A stretch of 64,000 bases of DNA from Synechococcus sp. Lineage in GTDB: Bacteria > Cyanobacteriota > Cyanobacteriia > PCC-6307 > Cyanobiaceae. The notes under the pieces were generated by a model. The model was given only the letters and a program-made list of their open reading frames with translations, was not told the origin of the DNA and did not search any database. A program made the translations under genes and the position numbers. The stretch covers positions 480,001 through 544,000 of the forward strand of contig JBJBDL010000003.1 in the NCBI GenBank assembly GCA_047285305.1. Reading direction: 5' to 3'. Of the stretch, positions 8,481-17,988 are shown in pieces; within the stretch, counting starts at the first letter, position 1, and every line of letters begins with the position of its first letter.

Positions 8481-9265
8481 CCACCGCTGAACAAACCGGA
8501 ACCGTTTATCTGGTGGGAGCTGGCCCCGGCGATCCCGAGTTGCTCACGCTGAAGGCGCATCGGCTGCTGAGCCAGTGCGATGCCCTGGTGTACGACTCGC
8601 TGGTGCCCGAGGAAGTGCTGGATCTTGTGCCGGCAACCTGCGAACGCCGTTTTGTCGGCAAGCGTCGCGGACATCATTCGGTGCCACAACCCAGCACCAA
8701 TGCCGTGCTTGTGGAAATGGCCCAGAAGCACAGCACGGTGGTGCGCTTGAAGGGGGGTGATCCCTTCCTTTTTGGTCGTGGAGGGGAAGAAGCCGCTTAC
8801 CTGGCGGAGCGGAACATTCCTGTTCAGGTGGTGCCTGGTGTCACCGCTGGCATTGCTGCTCCTGCTTACGCCGGAATTCCCGTCACCCACCGGCGGGCGG
8901 GGTCATCGGTGACTTTCGTCACCGGCCACGAGGAAATCGACAAGCGCCGTCCTTCTGTGGATTGGCGCGCTCTGGCCGCAGCCAGTGACGGATTGGTGAT
9001 CTACATGGGGCTGCACAACCTGCCTCGGATCGCAGAGGAGCTGATGGCGGGTGGTTTGGCTGCGACAACCCCCGTGGCGGTGATCCAGCAGGGCACGGTG
9101 GCGGGGCAACGCTGCCTCAAAGCCACGCTGGTAGACGTTGCCGATCAATGCCGAGCCGAAGCCTTCAAGTCACCCTCGATCGTTGTGGTGGGTGAGGTGA
9201 TTGATCAGCAGGTTGAAGCCTGCATGCCCACTCCGGCAGCGGTCACGATGCCGATTCCGTTCTGA
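8477..9265 (+). CDS. cobA: Uroporphyrinogen-III C-methyltransferase
   Basis: VYLVGAGPGDPELLT, RLKGGDPFLFGRGGEE. Confidence 0.95.
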   Translation: MTTAEQTGTVYLVGAGPGDPELLTLKAHRLLSQCDALVYDSLVPEEVLDLVPATCERRFVGKRRGHHSVPQPSTNAVLVEMAQKHSTVVRLKGGDPFLFGRGGEEAAYLAERNIPVQVVPGVTAGIAAPAYAGIPVTHRRAGSSVTFVTGHEEIDKRRPSVDWRALAAASDGLVIYMGLHNLPRIAEELMAGGLAATTPVAVIQQGTVAGQRCLKATLVDVADQCRAEAFKSPSIVVVGEVIDQQVEACMPTPAAVTMPIPF

Positions 9266-9286
9266 ACAGCTCCGCTCGATTCCGCT

Positions 9287-9784
9287 TTATTCCTTCAAGC
9301 GAGCCCGGAGCTGGGCCAAGTTGCACGGTCGGGTGTCGGCATCGAGTTGAGCCCGGATGAGCCGGTTCCAAGCGGTGCTCACCGCATCAAGAGATCCCGG
9401 CAGCACAAACACAAACGTGCCATTGGCCACGCCGGCAAGGCAGCGGCTTTGCAGGGTGCTGGTGCCGATGCTCTCGAAGGAGAGCACACGGAACAGTTCC
9501 CCGAATCCTTCGATTGTTTTGTCCAGCAGTGGTGCTACAGCTTCTGGGGTGCCATCGCGGCCGGTGAGACCGGTGCCGCCGCTGGTGATCACCACATCAA
9601 CCGCAGGATCGGCGATCCAGCGGCTCAGCTCACGGCGGATTTGATAGCGATCATCCGGGCAGAGTTGTCGTTCCTGAAGGCGGTGCCCCGCTTCTTCAAG
9701 GCTGCGCTGCAGCTGATCTCCGCTGCTGTCGTCCGCCAGGGTGCGTGTGTCGGAGATGGTGAGCAGGGCGATGGACAGGCCCAT
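9287..9784 (-). CDS. moaB: Molybdenum cofactor biosynthesis protein B
   Basis: TSGGTGLTGRDGTPEA, LPGS, RPCN motifs. Confidence 0.92.
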   Translation of the reverse strand: MGLSIALLTISDTRTLADDSSGDQLQRSLEEAGHRLQERQLCPDDRYQIRRELSRWIADPAVDVVITSGGTGLTGRDGTPEAVAPLLDKTIEGFGELFRVLSFESIGTSTLQSRCLAGVANGTFVFVLPGSLDAVSTAWNRLIRAQLDADTRPCNLAQLRARLKE

Positions 9785-9829
9785 GGCACAGCGGCGGAGC
9801 CCTCGGACGCTAGAACCGCTCCAGCTGCC

Positions 9830-10066
9830 ATGGACGTGGTGCTGAAGGTGCTGCTGTTCGCTTCCCTGCGAGAACGCGCCGGTTGGGCCGAGCGTTCCCT
9901 TCCCTTCACACCAGGCGTCTCGACGGCCCGTGAGGTCTGGAATCAGCTGGATCTTGGTCCGCTGGAGGGCATCAGCATTGCGGTGAACCAGGAGTTGGTC
10001 GGCGCCAATCAGCTGTTACAAGCTGGTGATGAGCTGGCCTTTCTTCCACCGTTTACGGGGGGTTGA
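9830..10066 (+). CDS. moaD: Molybdopterin synthase sulfur carrier subunit
   Basis: 78 aa, FASLRE, ends in PPFTGG. Confidence 0.9.
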   Translation: MDVVLKVLLFASLRERAGWAERSLPFTPGVSTAREVWNQLDLGPLEGISIAVNQELVGANQLLQAGDELAFLPPFTGG

Positions 10067-10069
10067 AGC

Positions 10070-10498
10070 GTGACCGATTGCCGTGTGGAGGTGTGGTCGG
10101 ATCCCTTTGATCCTTGGCAGCAACTGGCGCTTTGGAGCGGGGATGCCGCGGCCGCGGCGATCTTCATTGGTCGGGTGCGTCCCACCACCATGGATGGCCG
10201 GCCTCTGGAGGCACTTGAGCTGGAGCACTTCCCCGGTCTTTGCGAACGTCAGATCACGGCCATGGCGCAGCGTCTGCAGCAGGAGAACCGGGTGGGGCCG
10301 ATTCTGGTGCTGCATCGGGTGGGCAAGCTCGCCCCCGGTGAGCCGATCGTGCTGGTGGCGGTGCAGGCCGATCGTCGTGGGGCGGCGCAGCGCTGCTCTG
10401 CCGCGTTGTTGGAGCAACTCAAGCACCAGGCCCCGTTCTGGAAGCGGGAGTGGTGCGCGGGTCAGGGCACCTGGCTGGCGGCCAATACGCCGCTCTGA
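10070..10498 (+). CDS. moaE: Molybdopterin synthase catalytic subunit
   Basis: FIGRVR, HRVG, LKHQAPFWKRE. Confidence 0.92.
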   Translation: MTDCRVEVWSDPFDPWQQLALWSGDAAAAAIFIGRVRPTTMDGRPLEALELEHFPGLCERQITAMAQRLQQENRVGPILVLHRVGKLAPGEPIVLVAVQADRRGAAQRCSAALLEQLKHQAPFWKREWCAGQGTWLAANTPL

Positions 10499-11325
10499 TC
10501 AAGGCGTGGGTGCTGAAGTTGGTAGCCCAACTGTTTGAGCCGGGTGTTGCGGATCCGTCGGCCCCCTGAACCTGGTTCGTCCTGCCCAAGCCAGCGCACG
10601 GGGGCCAGACCCTGGCGCTGCAGGCTGCGCCCCACCAGATCCCGCAGCCGAATCGGCTCGTCGTTGACCACATTCACAAGTCCGGCCCATTCAGCATCGA
10701 GAGCGGCTTCCAGGGCACCGGCGGCATCCGCCACATGCAGCCAGTTGCTGTAGGTCGATCCGCTGCCAGGGCGTTCAAGTCCGGCGAGCCCGCGCAGGCG
10801 TCGATCAAGATCGCGGCCGGGGCCATAGAGCGCCCCGAGGCGCAGGATGCACACCTGCCGGTCGCCGATGCCACTGAGCAGTTGTTCACTTTCCAGCAGA
10901 ACATCGCCATGGCCGCGGCCTGGCGCGGGTGGCGTTTGCTCATCCACCCAGTCCCCCTCGGCATCGCCATACACCGAGCAACTGCCGGTGTAGACGATCT
11001 GCTGCAGGTCCGGCAGTTGTGGCAACAGTGACGTCAGGCAATGGAAGCTGTCGACGAAGGTGTGGCGGTAGCCGTTGGCATCTACCTGACGATCTCCCTT
11101 AGGCCCGAGACAGAACACGGCGTTGCTGCTAAGCCGCAGGGCGTCCAGCAATTGCGCGGGATCGGTGGCGTCACACAGCTCCACCCGATCGGCCAGGGGG
11201 CTGAGTTGCGCCAGCCGTTCGCTGGTGGTGGTGGTCAGCGTCAGCCTCAGCTGGGGGCGTCTTGGTTGCAGCCGCTCCGCCAGAGCGAGCCCCACGTAGC
11301 CGCAGCCAACGATTGTCAGGTCCAT
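10462..11325 (-). CDS. NAD-dependent epimerase/dehydratase (atypical SDR)
   Basis: GCGYVG Rossmann motif, SCSVYG, LRLGALYGPGR. Confidence 0.85.
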   Translation of the reverse strand: MDLTIVGCGYVGLALAERLQPRRPQLRLTLTTTTSERLAQLSPLADRVELCDATDPAQLLDALRLSSNAVFCLGPKGDRQVDANGYRHTFVDSFHCLTSLLPQLPDLQQIVYTGSCSVYGDAEGDWVDEQTPPAPGRGHGDVLLESEQLLSGIGDRQVCILRLGALYGPGRDLDRRLRGLAGLERPGSGSTYSNWLHVADAAGALEAALDAEWAGLVNVVNDEPIRLRDLVGRSLQRQGLAPVRWLGQDEPGSGGRRIRNTRLKQLGYQLQHPRLDQSGVLAASQVP

Positions 11326-11384
11326 GGCGGGGATGGCTGTTGGGGCGACCCTAAGGAGACAGATCGTTCCATGCCGTCACGGAC

Positions 11385-12182
11385 ATGACCGATCAATGGA
11401 CCCTCAACCGCCGTAATTTCGCGGGCCATTGGCAAGGCTGCAGCCATTGGTTTGAGCGGGACGGCAGCGGTCGGCTGGTTCTGCAGCATCCGACCTGTCG
11501 GATCGACCCCACCACCTACGCCATTTCCTTTTCCGATGACGACCACGGGGTGTGGGATGGATCGGGTCTGGCCTTTGCCCCCGGGGGTCAGGCCACCTAT
11601 CCCATCAGTAGAGCCACCTACAACGCCGGTGGAGGTTGTTGGCAGTTTCCCGGGGCAGGCGGTCAGTCCAGCCTGGGGCTTGATCCCGATCGCCCCCGCT
11701 TCGGCCATGAGATCAACCTGTTCTGCGGTCGTTCCCGCTCGATGCTGGTGCTGCTCTGGGAACCGCTTGACGGCGGCTGGCGTTTGCAGCGTGTTGGGGC
11801 GGTGGGTTTCCGTTGCTTGAACAGCACCGATCCCGAACCCGACCGTCCCGCATGTGGGACACCCGAGGCCCTGCTGGCGCCGGTGCAGGGATGGAGTGGC
11901 GAGCGGCAGATGCTCAGGCCGCAGGCGGGGGTGAACGGCCAGGCGGAGGACGCCACTCCGCTGGTGTTCGATCCAAGCCAGCTGTTGCATAACGATTGCT
12001 CAGCTGTGATGCCCGACGGCTTGGTGTTCTCGGTGCCCAGTGAGCTCCCCAGGGAGCCCTTTAGCCTCGAGATCGGTGGCCGTCTTGGCGCTGCCCTGTT
12101 TCAGCAGATCAGCATCCATTTCAGTGGATCGGGCCAGCTCAAGGCCTGGGAGCGCCGCTGCTTTCAGCCTGATCCGGCTTAG
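11385..12182 (+). CDS. Conserved hypothetical protein (DUF3598-like)
   Basis: N-terminal QWTLNRRNFAGHWQG, W-x-G beta-barrel-like repeats; family call tentative. Confidence 0.55.
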   Translation: MTDQWTLNRRNFAGHWQGCSHWFERDGSGRLVLQHPTCRIDPTTYAISFSDDDHGVWDGSGLAFAPGGQATYPISRATYNAGGGCWQFPGAGGQSSLGLDPDRPRFGHEINLFCGRSRSMLVLLWEPLDGGWRLQRVGAVGFRCLNSTDPEPDRPACGTPEALLAPVQGWSGERQMLRPQAGVNGQAEDATPLVFDPSQLLHNDCSAVMPDGLVFSVPSELPREPFSLEIGGRLGAALFQQISIHFSGSGQLKAWERRCFQPDPA

Positions 12183-13429
12183 AAAATCCGCTGACGAATC
12201 AGCTGGGCCCAGAGACGGGTGCCGCTTTCGAGCGGGCCGGCTTCCGCTGGTAGTTCCAGCAGCAGATCGGCCTGTTGCAGGGAACCGATCCGGGACGAGG
12301 CCTGCGAGCCATCCACCCGTGCCAGCAGCGTTCCTGCGGCGTTGGTGTCGAGGCGGGCCCGAGCCAATTCCGGCCGTCCCGGTCGGCGGGACAACGGGTC
12401 GGCGAGTTCCACCATCACCCGGGGGAACAGCTCCGGTTCGCTTTGGCCCTCCAGAACCTGCAGGGCAGGCCAGAGCAGTTGCAGGGCGGTGACCGCCGCC
12501 GCCACGGGATTGCCCGGCAGTCCGAAAAACGGCACGCCCTCACCGATGCTGCCGAAGGCAAAGGGGCGCCCCGGGCGTAGGAACAGTTTCCAGAAGTCCA
12601 CAGCGCCCAGCTCCGCCACCAGGGGTCGGATCCAATCGGTGTCGCCGGCGGAGACGCCACCGGTGCTCACCACCACGTCGCAGTCCTGGGCCAGATCCAG
12701 CAGGGCCTGGCGCAGGGCGTCGGGTTGATCTGCCACCACCCGTCGCTGGGTCACCGATTGCCCGAGGCCCCGGAACATTGTCTCCAGAAGCGTGCCGTTG
12801 CTCTCCCAGATGGCACCGGGTTGCCGCGCTGTTCCAGGTGGCACCAGCTCGTCCCCGCTGATCAGCAGCCCGATGCGGGGTTGCTGAGCAATGGTTAGGG
12901 CGGCGATGCCGCAGCTGGCAAGGCGTGCGAGATCGGCGGCACCGAGGCGCTGTCCAGCGGCCAGCAGCAGGTCTCCCGGTCGGCATTCCTCATCCTCGGG
13001 GCGAATCCAGGGACGATCCGACGCCTCTTTCACCAGCTGGAGGCTGGTGCCGTCCACGCTGATCAGCTCCTGGGGCAGTACCCAGCCGGCACCGTCCGGC
13101 AGTGGAGCGCCGGTGAGGATGCGGATCGCATCGCCGGTGGCCAGGTTTCCGTTGAAGGGCTGGCCGGCAGCGGAGCGTCCCTTCAGCTGCCAGGTGTCCC
13201 CAGGTTCGGGCTGGTGGCTCTGCCCCAAGGCGTAGCCGTCCATGATCGAGGCCCGAAACCCCGGTACGGCAGCGCTGGCCAGCACATCCGTAGCGCTCAC
13301 CCGGCAGAGGGCCTGCTGCAGCGGCACTGTGTTGCTTGCTGTGATCGGCTGAAGCGCCGCAAGAACCCGTCGACGTGCCTCTTCGAGGGGTAGCCCTTCG
13401 CGTCCGTAGGGCTCAGCGTTTCCAGACAC
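12179..13429 (-). CDS. moeA: Molybdopterin molybdenumtransferase
   Basis: [29 protein letters not shown]. Confidence 0.95.
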   Translation of the reverse strand: MSGNAEPYGREGLPLEEARRRVLAALQPITASNTVPLQQALCRVSATDVLASAAVPGFRASIMDGYALGQSHQPEPGDTWQLKGRSAAGQPFNGNLATGDAIRILTGAPLPDGAGWVLPQELISVDGTSLQLVKEASDRPWIRPEDEECRPGDLLLAAGQRLGAADLARLASCGIAALTIAQQPRIGLLISGDELVPPGTARQPGAIWESNGTLLETMFRGLGQSVTQRRVVADQPDALRQALLDLAQDCDVVVSTGGVSAGDTDWIRPLVAELGAVDFWKLFLRPGRPFAFGSIGEGVPFFGLPGNPVAAAVTALQLLWPALQVLEGQSEPELFPRVMVELADPLSRRPGRPELARARLDTNAAGTLLARVDGSQASSRIGSLQQADLLLELPAEAGPLESGTRLWAQLIRQRIF

Positions 13430-13889
13430 CGTTCCGCCCTCCTTCTTTGAACTCCAGCTGGATCGCCTCGATCGTCATGGCTGGATCAACCGCCTTGAGC
13501 ATGTCGTAGAGGGTCAGCAGCCCCACGGACACGGCCGTCATCGCTTCCATTTCCACCCCGGTCTGGCCTGTGGTGCGGCAACGGCAGTGGAGCACCAGGC
13601 CAGGAAGGGAGGCGTCGGCGTCGATTGACACATCCATGCCACTGAGTGGCAGCGGATGGCAAAGGGGAATCAGCTCCCAGGTGCGTTTGGCGGCCTGGAT
13701 CGCTGCCACCCGGGCGACCGCCAGCAGATCTCCTTTCGGTGTCTCGCCTCGCTGGATCAGGCTGAGGGTTGAGGCGTCCATGCGAATGGCGCCACGGGCA
13801 TGGGCTTCGCGGTGGGTGGCCGGACGGTCCCCCACGTCCACCATGTGAACCTCGCCTTGCTGGTTTAGATGACTCAGGTCTTGCGTCAT
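13413..13889 (-). CDS. moaC: Cyclic pyranopterin monophosphate synthase
   Basis: [25 protein letters not shown]. Confidence 0.95.
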   Translation of the reverse strand: MTQDLSHLNQQGEVHMVDVGDRPATHREAHARGAIRMDASTLSLIQRGETPKGDLLAVARVAAIQAAKRTWELIPLCHPLPLSGMDVSIDADASLPGLVLHCRCRTTGQTGVEMEAMTAVSVGLLTLYDMLKAVDPAMTIEAIQLEFKEGGRNGVWKR

Positions 13890-14584
13890 TCGATCAAGCT
13901 GACAACACCGCTGTTGAGTTGGAAACAACCCACCACCAGTTTCAGCGCACCACTGGCTTTGGCCTCAGCCAGAACGGCGCTGCGTTGAATCAAGGTGGAG
14001 GCGCTGGCGAGGGCGTTGCGCCTCACGGCGTCCTCGAGATCGCTGCTGCCGTTGATGTTCTCCCGGATGGGTTGGATCAGCCGCTCCAGGGAGGGGGTCA
14101 GCGGGTTGGCGTCCATCGCCGCCGTAACGGCTCCGCAGCCGCTGTGTCCCATCACCATCAGCAGCGGCGTCTTGAGAACGCTGACGCCGTACTCAATGGA
14201 GGCAATGGCTTCGGTGAATGCGGCGTTGCCGGCGTTGCGGATCACGAACAGCTCGCCAGGGGTGGTGTCGAACACCCAGTTCGGCGAAACCCGTGAATCA
14301 GAGCAGGTGAGCACGGTGGCCCAGGGATGTTGGCTGGTGGCCAACGCCCTGGGGGAGTTGAAGCAGCGCGGGTCGGGATCCGCCGTTCGGGGCGTCGTTC
14401 CGTTGTTTTGCTTGGCCAGGCGCCAGGCCTCGGCAAACCGCCGGTTCCCCGACATCAGGGCCTCGAGTGGATCATTCGGGATGCAGAACCCCTCCTCTGC
14501 TGCCTCAACGGGGCGCGCTTGCATCAGGGCGGCCAAGGCCAGGCCGCCCGTTCGCTGGAGGAAGTGACGGCGCTGGATCCCCAT
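13886..14584 (-). CDS. Beta-carbonic anhydrase with twin-arginine signal peptide
   Basis: QRRHFL Tat motif; CSDSRV and HSGCGA zinc ligands. Confidence 0.9.
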   Translation of the reverse strand: MGIQRRHFLQRTGGLALAALMQARPVEAAEEGFCIPNDPLEALMSGNRRFAEAWRLAKQNNGTTPRTADPDPRCFNSPRALATSQHPWATVLTCSDSRVSPNWVFDTTPGELFVIRNAGNAAFTEAIASIEYGVSVLKTPLLMVMGHSGCGAVTAAMDANPLTPSLERLIQPIRENINGSSDLEDAVRRNALASASTLIQRSAVLAEAKASGALKLVVGCFQLNSGVVSLIE

Positions 14585-14636
14585 GCCGGCACCTTATGCG
14601 GGCCGGCTGGTGGTCTGTGCTACGTGGGCAGTGCGA

Positions 14637-14948
14637 TCAGCGCTCGCCGAAGGCAGACCAGAGGGTGGCTTCGGAGCCCACAACAGGCTCAACGGCAGGC
14701 TGGATGGCAGCAGCGGGTTGGGCCGTTGCGGCTGTGTTGGCACTGGCGATGTCGCGCTCGGCCAAGGGAGCCCAGAGAGCGGCAGGACCGGCGATCACCG
14801 GTTCCACGTCAGCGGCACCGGCCTGAACGGAGGCCGTCTGGCTGCGCACCAGTTGCACGGCGAGGGAACCAACGATGAAGGCACCCAGGAAACCTGCGGC
14901 CAGGGTGATGGGGCTGCGGCCGGAAGCGGACGAGATGCTGCTGGTCAC
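14637..14948 (-). CDS. Small membrane-anchored protein with duplicated VEPV...LW...ER motif
   Basis: N-terminal TM helix; two 18-aa repeats. Confidence 0.6.
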   Translation of the reverse strand: MTSSISSASGRSPITLAAGFLGAFIVGSLAVQLVRSQTASVQAGAADVEPVIAGPAALWAPLAERDIASANTAATAQPAAAIQPAVEPVVGSEATLWSAFGER

Positions 14949-14990
14949 GGCAGAAACTCTTTGAACAGAGCTTCAGTATGGAAAAAATTG

Positions 14991-15169
14991 GTGTGAACGA
15001 CTACGAAATGGGTTGAATTGTGTAGCGGAATTAACAGTTTCTATGGAATCAAAGCCCTGCATGGGTTGCTGTTGGAGTGCTTCAGCCGTGACCCATCCAT
15101 GGGACATTCCCAGCAACATTCCGAGGGAGAGGGCGAAGCGCACAGGCCGAGATTTGTATCGAGATAAAC
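14991..15169. promoter_or_regulatory. Cluster of three NtcA-like sites in the divergent region before narM
   Basis: GTG-N8-TAC (14991), GTA-N8-AAC (15022), GTA-N8-AAC (15156). Confidence 0.45.
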
Positions 15170-15226
15170 ATCTCTGTTTGCGTGGACTTCCGTTGTCATC
15201 ATTGACACCGATCAAGGCTTTGGTTG

Positions 15227-15694
15227 ATGTCCAGCCGTTGTGATTCCGCCAGCCATTGCTTTGCCTTTGAACAGGACTTCATTGGCAACTGGCGCTGCAT
15301 CCCTCTGTGTGTGCGACGCAAATTGGATCTGTGTGGGGTGAAGTTGAAGCTCAACCACTGGCTTGAGCTTTCCCAGGAGCAACGTCAAGCCCTTGTGGAT
15401 TGGCCGGATGGGGCCGATGCTCTCGAGCAGTTTCGCCAACACCTGCGCGATTGCACGCGCTCCATGGCCGATGGCATGGTCAAGGATCTGCCACCGGTGA
15501 GTGGTGCCCCCTGGCAACAGCAGGAGGAGCTGCCCGCTGTGGTGCAGGAGGCGGCCACAGTGCGGGGTGTGGCGCTGACCCTGGAGCAGTGGACCCAGCT
15601 CAGTGAGCTGGATCGCTTTGCCTTATGCAAGTTGGTTCGGCCTGGGCACGACCACCACAACCTTGAGGCAGCCTTCAGCGAAGTGCTGGTGTAA
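15227..15694 (+). CDS. narM: Nitrate reductase maturation/associated protein
   Basis: FAFEQDF..RCIPLCVRRKLDLCGVKLKL, RFALCKL.RPGHDH.N. Confidence 0.88.
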   Translation: MSSRCDSASHCFAFEQDFIGNWRCIPLCVRRKLDLCGVKLKLNHWLELSQEQRQALVDWPDGADALEQFRQHLRDCTRSMADGMVKDLPPVSGAPWQQQEELPAVVQEAATVRGVALTLEQWTQLSELDRFALCKLVRPGHDHHNLEAAFSEVLV

Positions 15695-17906
15695 GCAGCC
15701 GGCGCAGGGCCTCCAATCGTCCTTTCTGCTGTTCAACGGGCTTCACCACCGAGACGGCGGGAGCCACGATCACCGCGCAGGCCTTGAGTTCAGGCTGCTT
15801 TGACACCGGGCAGGCCTCGTCGTGCATGAGGGTGTTGGCTTCGCAGGCTTTCTCCTGGGTGAATCCCCAGTGCATCGGCAGGAAGACCGATCCACGCCGG
15901 ATGCGATCGGTGACTTTCACCGTGGCGGTGAGGTGGCCGCGGCGTGAGCTGATCGCCGCCAGTTCGCCGTTGCGCAGTTTCAACTCCTGCGCGTCACCGG
16001 GGTGAATCTCCAGCAGCGGCTCGGGATGCTGTTTCATCAGCCGTTCCACCTTGCCGGTGCGGGTCATCGTGTGCCACTGGCCCAGGTAGCGGCCCACCGT
16101 GAGCACCAGCGGATAGGTGTCGCAGGGGGGTTCCGCCAGTCCCAGCGGTTGATCGGTGCTGAAGCGGGCGCGTTTGTTGGGGGTGGCGAACAGATGGTTT
16201 TCGTAGAGGCGTTTGGCTTCTGTGGTGGGGCTGCTGCCGCTGGGATAGGGCCATTGCTGCGGTCCTTCGTCTTCCAGCAGCTCATGGCTGAGGCCGCTCA
16301 CATCGCAAAGCCTGCCCTGGGTGAGAGCCGTGAATTCGGCGTAGACCTCAGCCGCTGATTCGAAGTCGAACTGCTCGCTGTAGCCCAGGCGCCGGCCCAC
16401 CTCGGCAAACACCTCCCAGTCGGGACGGCTCTCGCCGAAGCGGCGCCGGTAGGCCGGGCAGTAAGTGACCCGCCGTTCGGAATTCGTCATGGCGCCGGCC
16501 TTCTCGCTCCACTGGGCTGCGGGCAACAGAAGATGGGCGTAGTGGGATGTTTCCGAGTCGGCGTAGGCCTCGCTCACCACCACCAGCGGACACTTCTGCA
16601 TGGCTGACTTCACCCGGTCGAGATCCGGGAGGCTCACCAGGGGGTTGGTGGCGGCCACCCACCACAGATCCAGCGCCTCCTGTTCCATGGCTTCGATCTG
16701 CTGCCAGGCCGCCAATCCGGGCTTGGCGTTGATTCGTCCTGCCGGCAGCTTCCAGGCCTGTTCCACTTCGGCCCGATGTTCGGCGTTGGCCACCAGGCGG
16801 TAGCCGGGCAGCAGGTGGGCCAGGCCTCCGGCCTCGCGTCCGCCCATGGCGTTGGGTTGGCCGGTGAGGGAGAACGGGCCCGCTCCTTGCTTGCCAATCT
16901 GGCCGGTGAGCAGATGCAGATTGATCAACCCCTGCACCACGGCCGTTCCTTCACGGCGTTGGTTCACCCCCATCGACCAGAGGCTGAGCACCTTCTCGCG
17001 CCGGTGGAACAGAGCCGCCACCTCCCGCAGGCGTTTTTCGGGGATGTTGCAGAACAGGGCCACCCGCCTTGGGGTCCAGCGGGCGGCGACGTCAAAAAAG
17101 GCGTCGTAATTCTCGGTGTGGTCGTCGATGAAGGCCGGATCCTGGCCGTTTTCGCGCAGCACCAGGTGGGCAATGCCGTGCAGCAGGGCCAGGTCGCTGC
17201 CCGGTGCAATCGGAAGGTGGATATCGGCTGCCTTGGCGGTGTCGGTGCGGCGTGGATCCACCACCACGATCTTCACGCTGCCGGGGTTTTTGCGTTTCCG
17301 CTTCAGCAGCCGCTGGAACAGCACCGGGTGGCATTCGGCCGTGTTGGTGCCGATCAGAAACGCCACTGTGCAGTGGTCGAGGTCCTCGTAGCTGCAGGGG
17401 GGACCATCGGAGCCCAGGCTGCGGGTGTAGCCCGCCACCGCTGAGCTCATGCACAGCCGCGAGTTGGCGTCGAAATTGTTGGTGCCCAGGGCGCCTTTCA
17501 GCAGTTTCTGGGCCAGGTAGTAATCCTCGGTGTGGAACTGACCGGAGCCATACATGGCAATGCCATCGGCGTTGCCGCGCCGGGCCACGCTCGCCTGGAT
17601 CTGGCCGGTGATTTTGTTGAGGGCGTCGTCCCAGCTGATCGGCGCGAAGTCGTCCTCCAGGGTCGGGCGGAACAGGGGTTGGCGCAGGCGTCCTGGGGCC
17701 AGGGTTTCGCCGACGGTCGCGCCCTTGATGCAGACCTGGCCAAGGCTGGAGGGGTGTTTGCGGTCGCCGCGGGCGGTCCACATCGGGTTGCCCTCGGCAT
17801 CCCTTTTCACGGCCTCACCCTTCACGGCAGGAGGCAAAAGCTCCAAGCCACAACCCACGCCGCAGTAGGGGCACTGGCTGCGCACGCTGCGGGGTGAGTT
17901 GGTCAT
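15675..17906 (-). CDS. narB: Ferredoxin-dependent assimilatory nitrate reductase
   Basis: CPYCGVGC...C.KG Fe-S motif, NSRLCM, GQPNAMGGRE, SKQPELK. Confidence 0.96.
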   Translation of the reverse strand: MTNSPRSVRSQCPYCGVGCGLELLPPAVKGEAVKRDAEGNPMWTARGDRKHPSSLGQVCIKGATVGETLAPGRLRQPLFRPTLEDDFAPISWDDALNKITGQIQASVARRGNADGIAMYGSGQFHTEDYYLAQKLLKGALGTNNFDANSRLCMSSAVAGYTRSLGSDGPPCSYEDLDHCTVAFLIGTNTAECHPVLFQRLLKRKRKNPGSVKIVVVDPRRTDTAKAADIHLPIAPGSDLALLHGIAHLVLRENGQDPAFIDDHTENYDAFFDVAARWTPRRVALFCNIPEKRLREVAALFHRREKVLSLWSMGVNQRREGTAVVQGLINLHLLTGQIGKQGAGPFSLTGQPNAMGGREAGGLAHLLPGYRLVANAEHRAEVEQAWKLPAGRINAKPGLAAWQQIEAMEQEALDLWWVAATNPLVSLPDLDRVKSAMQKCPLVVVSEAYADSETSHYAHLLLPAAQWSEKAGAMTNSERRVTYCPAYRRRFGESRPDWEVFAEVGRRLGYSEQFDFESAAEVYAEFTALTQGRLCDVSGLSHELLEDEGPQQWPYPSGSSPTTEAKRLYENHLFATPNKRARFSTDQPLGLAEPPCDTYPLVLTVGRYLGQWHTMTRTGKVERLMKQHPEPLLEIHPGDAQELKLRNGELAAISSRRGHLTATVKVTDRIRRGSVFLPMHWGFTQEKACEANTLMHDEACPVSKQPELKACAVIVAPAVSVVKPVEQQKGRLEALRRLLTPALR

Positions 17907-17915
17907 GCAGGAACC

Positions 17916-17951
17916 AAAAAAAGAACAAAACCCGGAGCCGAAGCTCCGGGT
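17916..17951 (-). terminator. Stem-loop with U-tract between nrtP and narB
   Basis: Minus strand ACCCGGAGC-TTCG-GCTCCGGGT followed by TTTGTTCTTTTTTT. Confidence 0.75.
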
Positions 17952-17988
17952 CGTTATGCAGCGACAGGGTGCTGCGGAGGGAGATGGA

